In this document: piece after piece, positions 63,694 to 64,000 of the stretch
Numbering within the stretch: the stretch's first letter is position 1
How the letters are laid out: the number at the start of each line of letters is the position of its first letter
Source: Gemmatimonadota bacterium
GTDB lineage: Bacteria > Gemmatimonadota > Gemmatimonadetes > Gemmatimonadales > GWC2-71-9
Reading direction: 5' to 3'
DNA: 64,000 bases
Assembly: GCA_003222205.1 (NCBI GenBank)
Contig: QHVC01000045.1
Location: 12,499 to 76,498, forward strand
The notes under the pieces: model-generated
Database searches by the model: none
Told to the model about the DNA's origin: nothing
What the model saw: the letters and a program-made list of their open reading frames with translations, nothing else
Made by a program: the position numbers and the translations under genes

Positions 63694-64000
63694 ATGAGAA
63701 GCGGGCTGCGCAGCGACCCGGCGACGTGGACGGACGAGCGGCACAAGGACGGCCTCGCTGGAGAGGAGCAGGCGATCGCCTATCTGAAGACGAAAGGGTG
63801 GCACCTCGTGGCGCACCGCTTCCGGGTGGGACGCGCCGAGATCGACCTGGTGGCGCGGCGCGGCCGGCTGGTCGCATTCATCGAAGTGAAGGTGCGGCGC
63901 GGCGAGGGGTTCGGGAAACCGTTCGAGGCGGTGACGGGGCAGAAGCGGCGTGAGATGGTGAAGGTCGCCCGGGGCTGGATCGACCGGCACGGGCAGCCTG
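63694..64000 (+). CDS. YraN/UPF0102-family endonuclease-like protein, N-terminal part (runs off right edge)
   Basis: My own translation from ATG 63694: MRSGLRSDPATWTDERHKDGLAGEEQAIAYLKTKGWHLVAHRFRVGRAEIDLVARRGRLVAFIEVKVRRGEGFGKPFEAVTGQKRREMVKVARGWI... matches the YraN pattern (G...E..A..YL...G........R...GEIDL.......L.F.EVK.R). No stop before nt 64000. Confidence 0.8.
   Translation, partial: MRSGLRSDPATWTDERHKDGLAGEEQAIAYLKTKGWHLVAHRFRVGRAEIDLVARRGRLVAFIEVKVRRGEGFGKPFEAVTGQKRREMVKVARGWIDRHGQP

Overview
This is a very G+C-rich bacterial chromosomal segment; third codon positions are almost all G/C, but I did not compute a value. It is almost entirely coding and almost entirely on the + strand. 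Only rpmB and ppiD are on the - strand. I recognise about 60 protein genes. I found no rRNA, tRNA, CRISPR array, transposase/integrase, prophage, toxin-antitoxin or defence gene. The window reads as core chromosome, not an accessory island, and I did not find a clear-cut novel multi-gene system.

Gene order:
- Tail of the ribosomal alpha operon (rpmJ-rpsM-rpsK-rpsD-rpoA-rplQ), then rpmB(-).
- A ~20 kb gap-free chain: gmd-rmd-carB-murB-[WbpD/E/B/A-like UDP-diacetamido-glucuronate genes]-ugd-uxs-epimerase-TPR-TPR lipoprotein-bamD-nadD-secA.
- radC-rel-uvrB-tsaE-tsaB-rimI, then ssb and a LysM protein.
- ccsA/hemX-like-hemA-galE, then a complete tolQ-tolR-tolA-like-tolB-pal-cpoB cluster.
- One 1171-codon frame joining TatC to an LptD-like outer-membrane protein, then a lipoprotein.
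- hutH-hutU-hutI, a large TPR protein, a polyprenyl synthase, a small membrane protein and two tatA paralogues.
- ppiD(-), then TPR protein-aroQ-M24 peptidase, accB-pilT-accC-comB-ftsK, and the start of a yraN-family gene.

The envelope gene types (FCB-type LptD, BamD, Tol-Pal) together with the GC content suggest a diderm of the FCB group such as Gemmatimonadota. That is inference only.

The most unusual observations are:
- the TatC-LptD single reading frame with an internal signal-peptide-like joint;
- two extra cysteine clusters inside SecA;
- an orphan pilT translationally wedged between accB and accC;
- extreme start/stop overlap coupling across unrelated housekeeping genes;
- rimI and hutI lacking canonical start codons at the point where homology begins;
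- two structured intergenic dyad elements.

The many long antisense ORFs in the supplied track are high-GC shadow frames and are not called.
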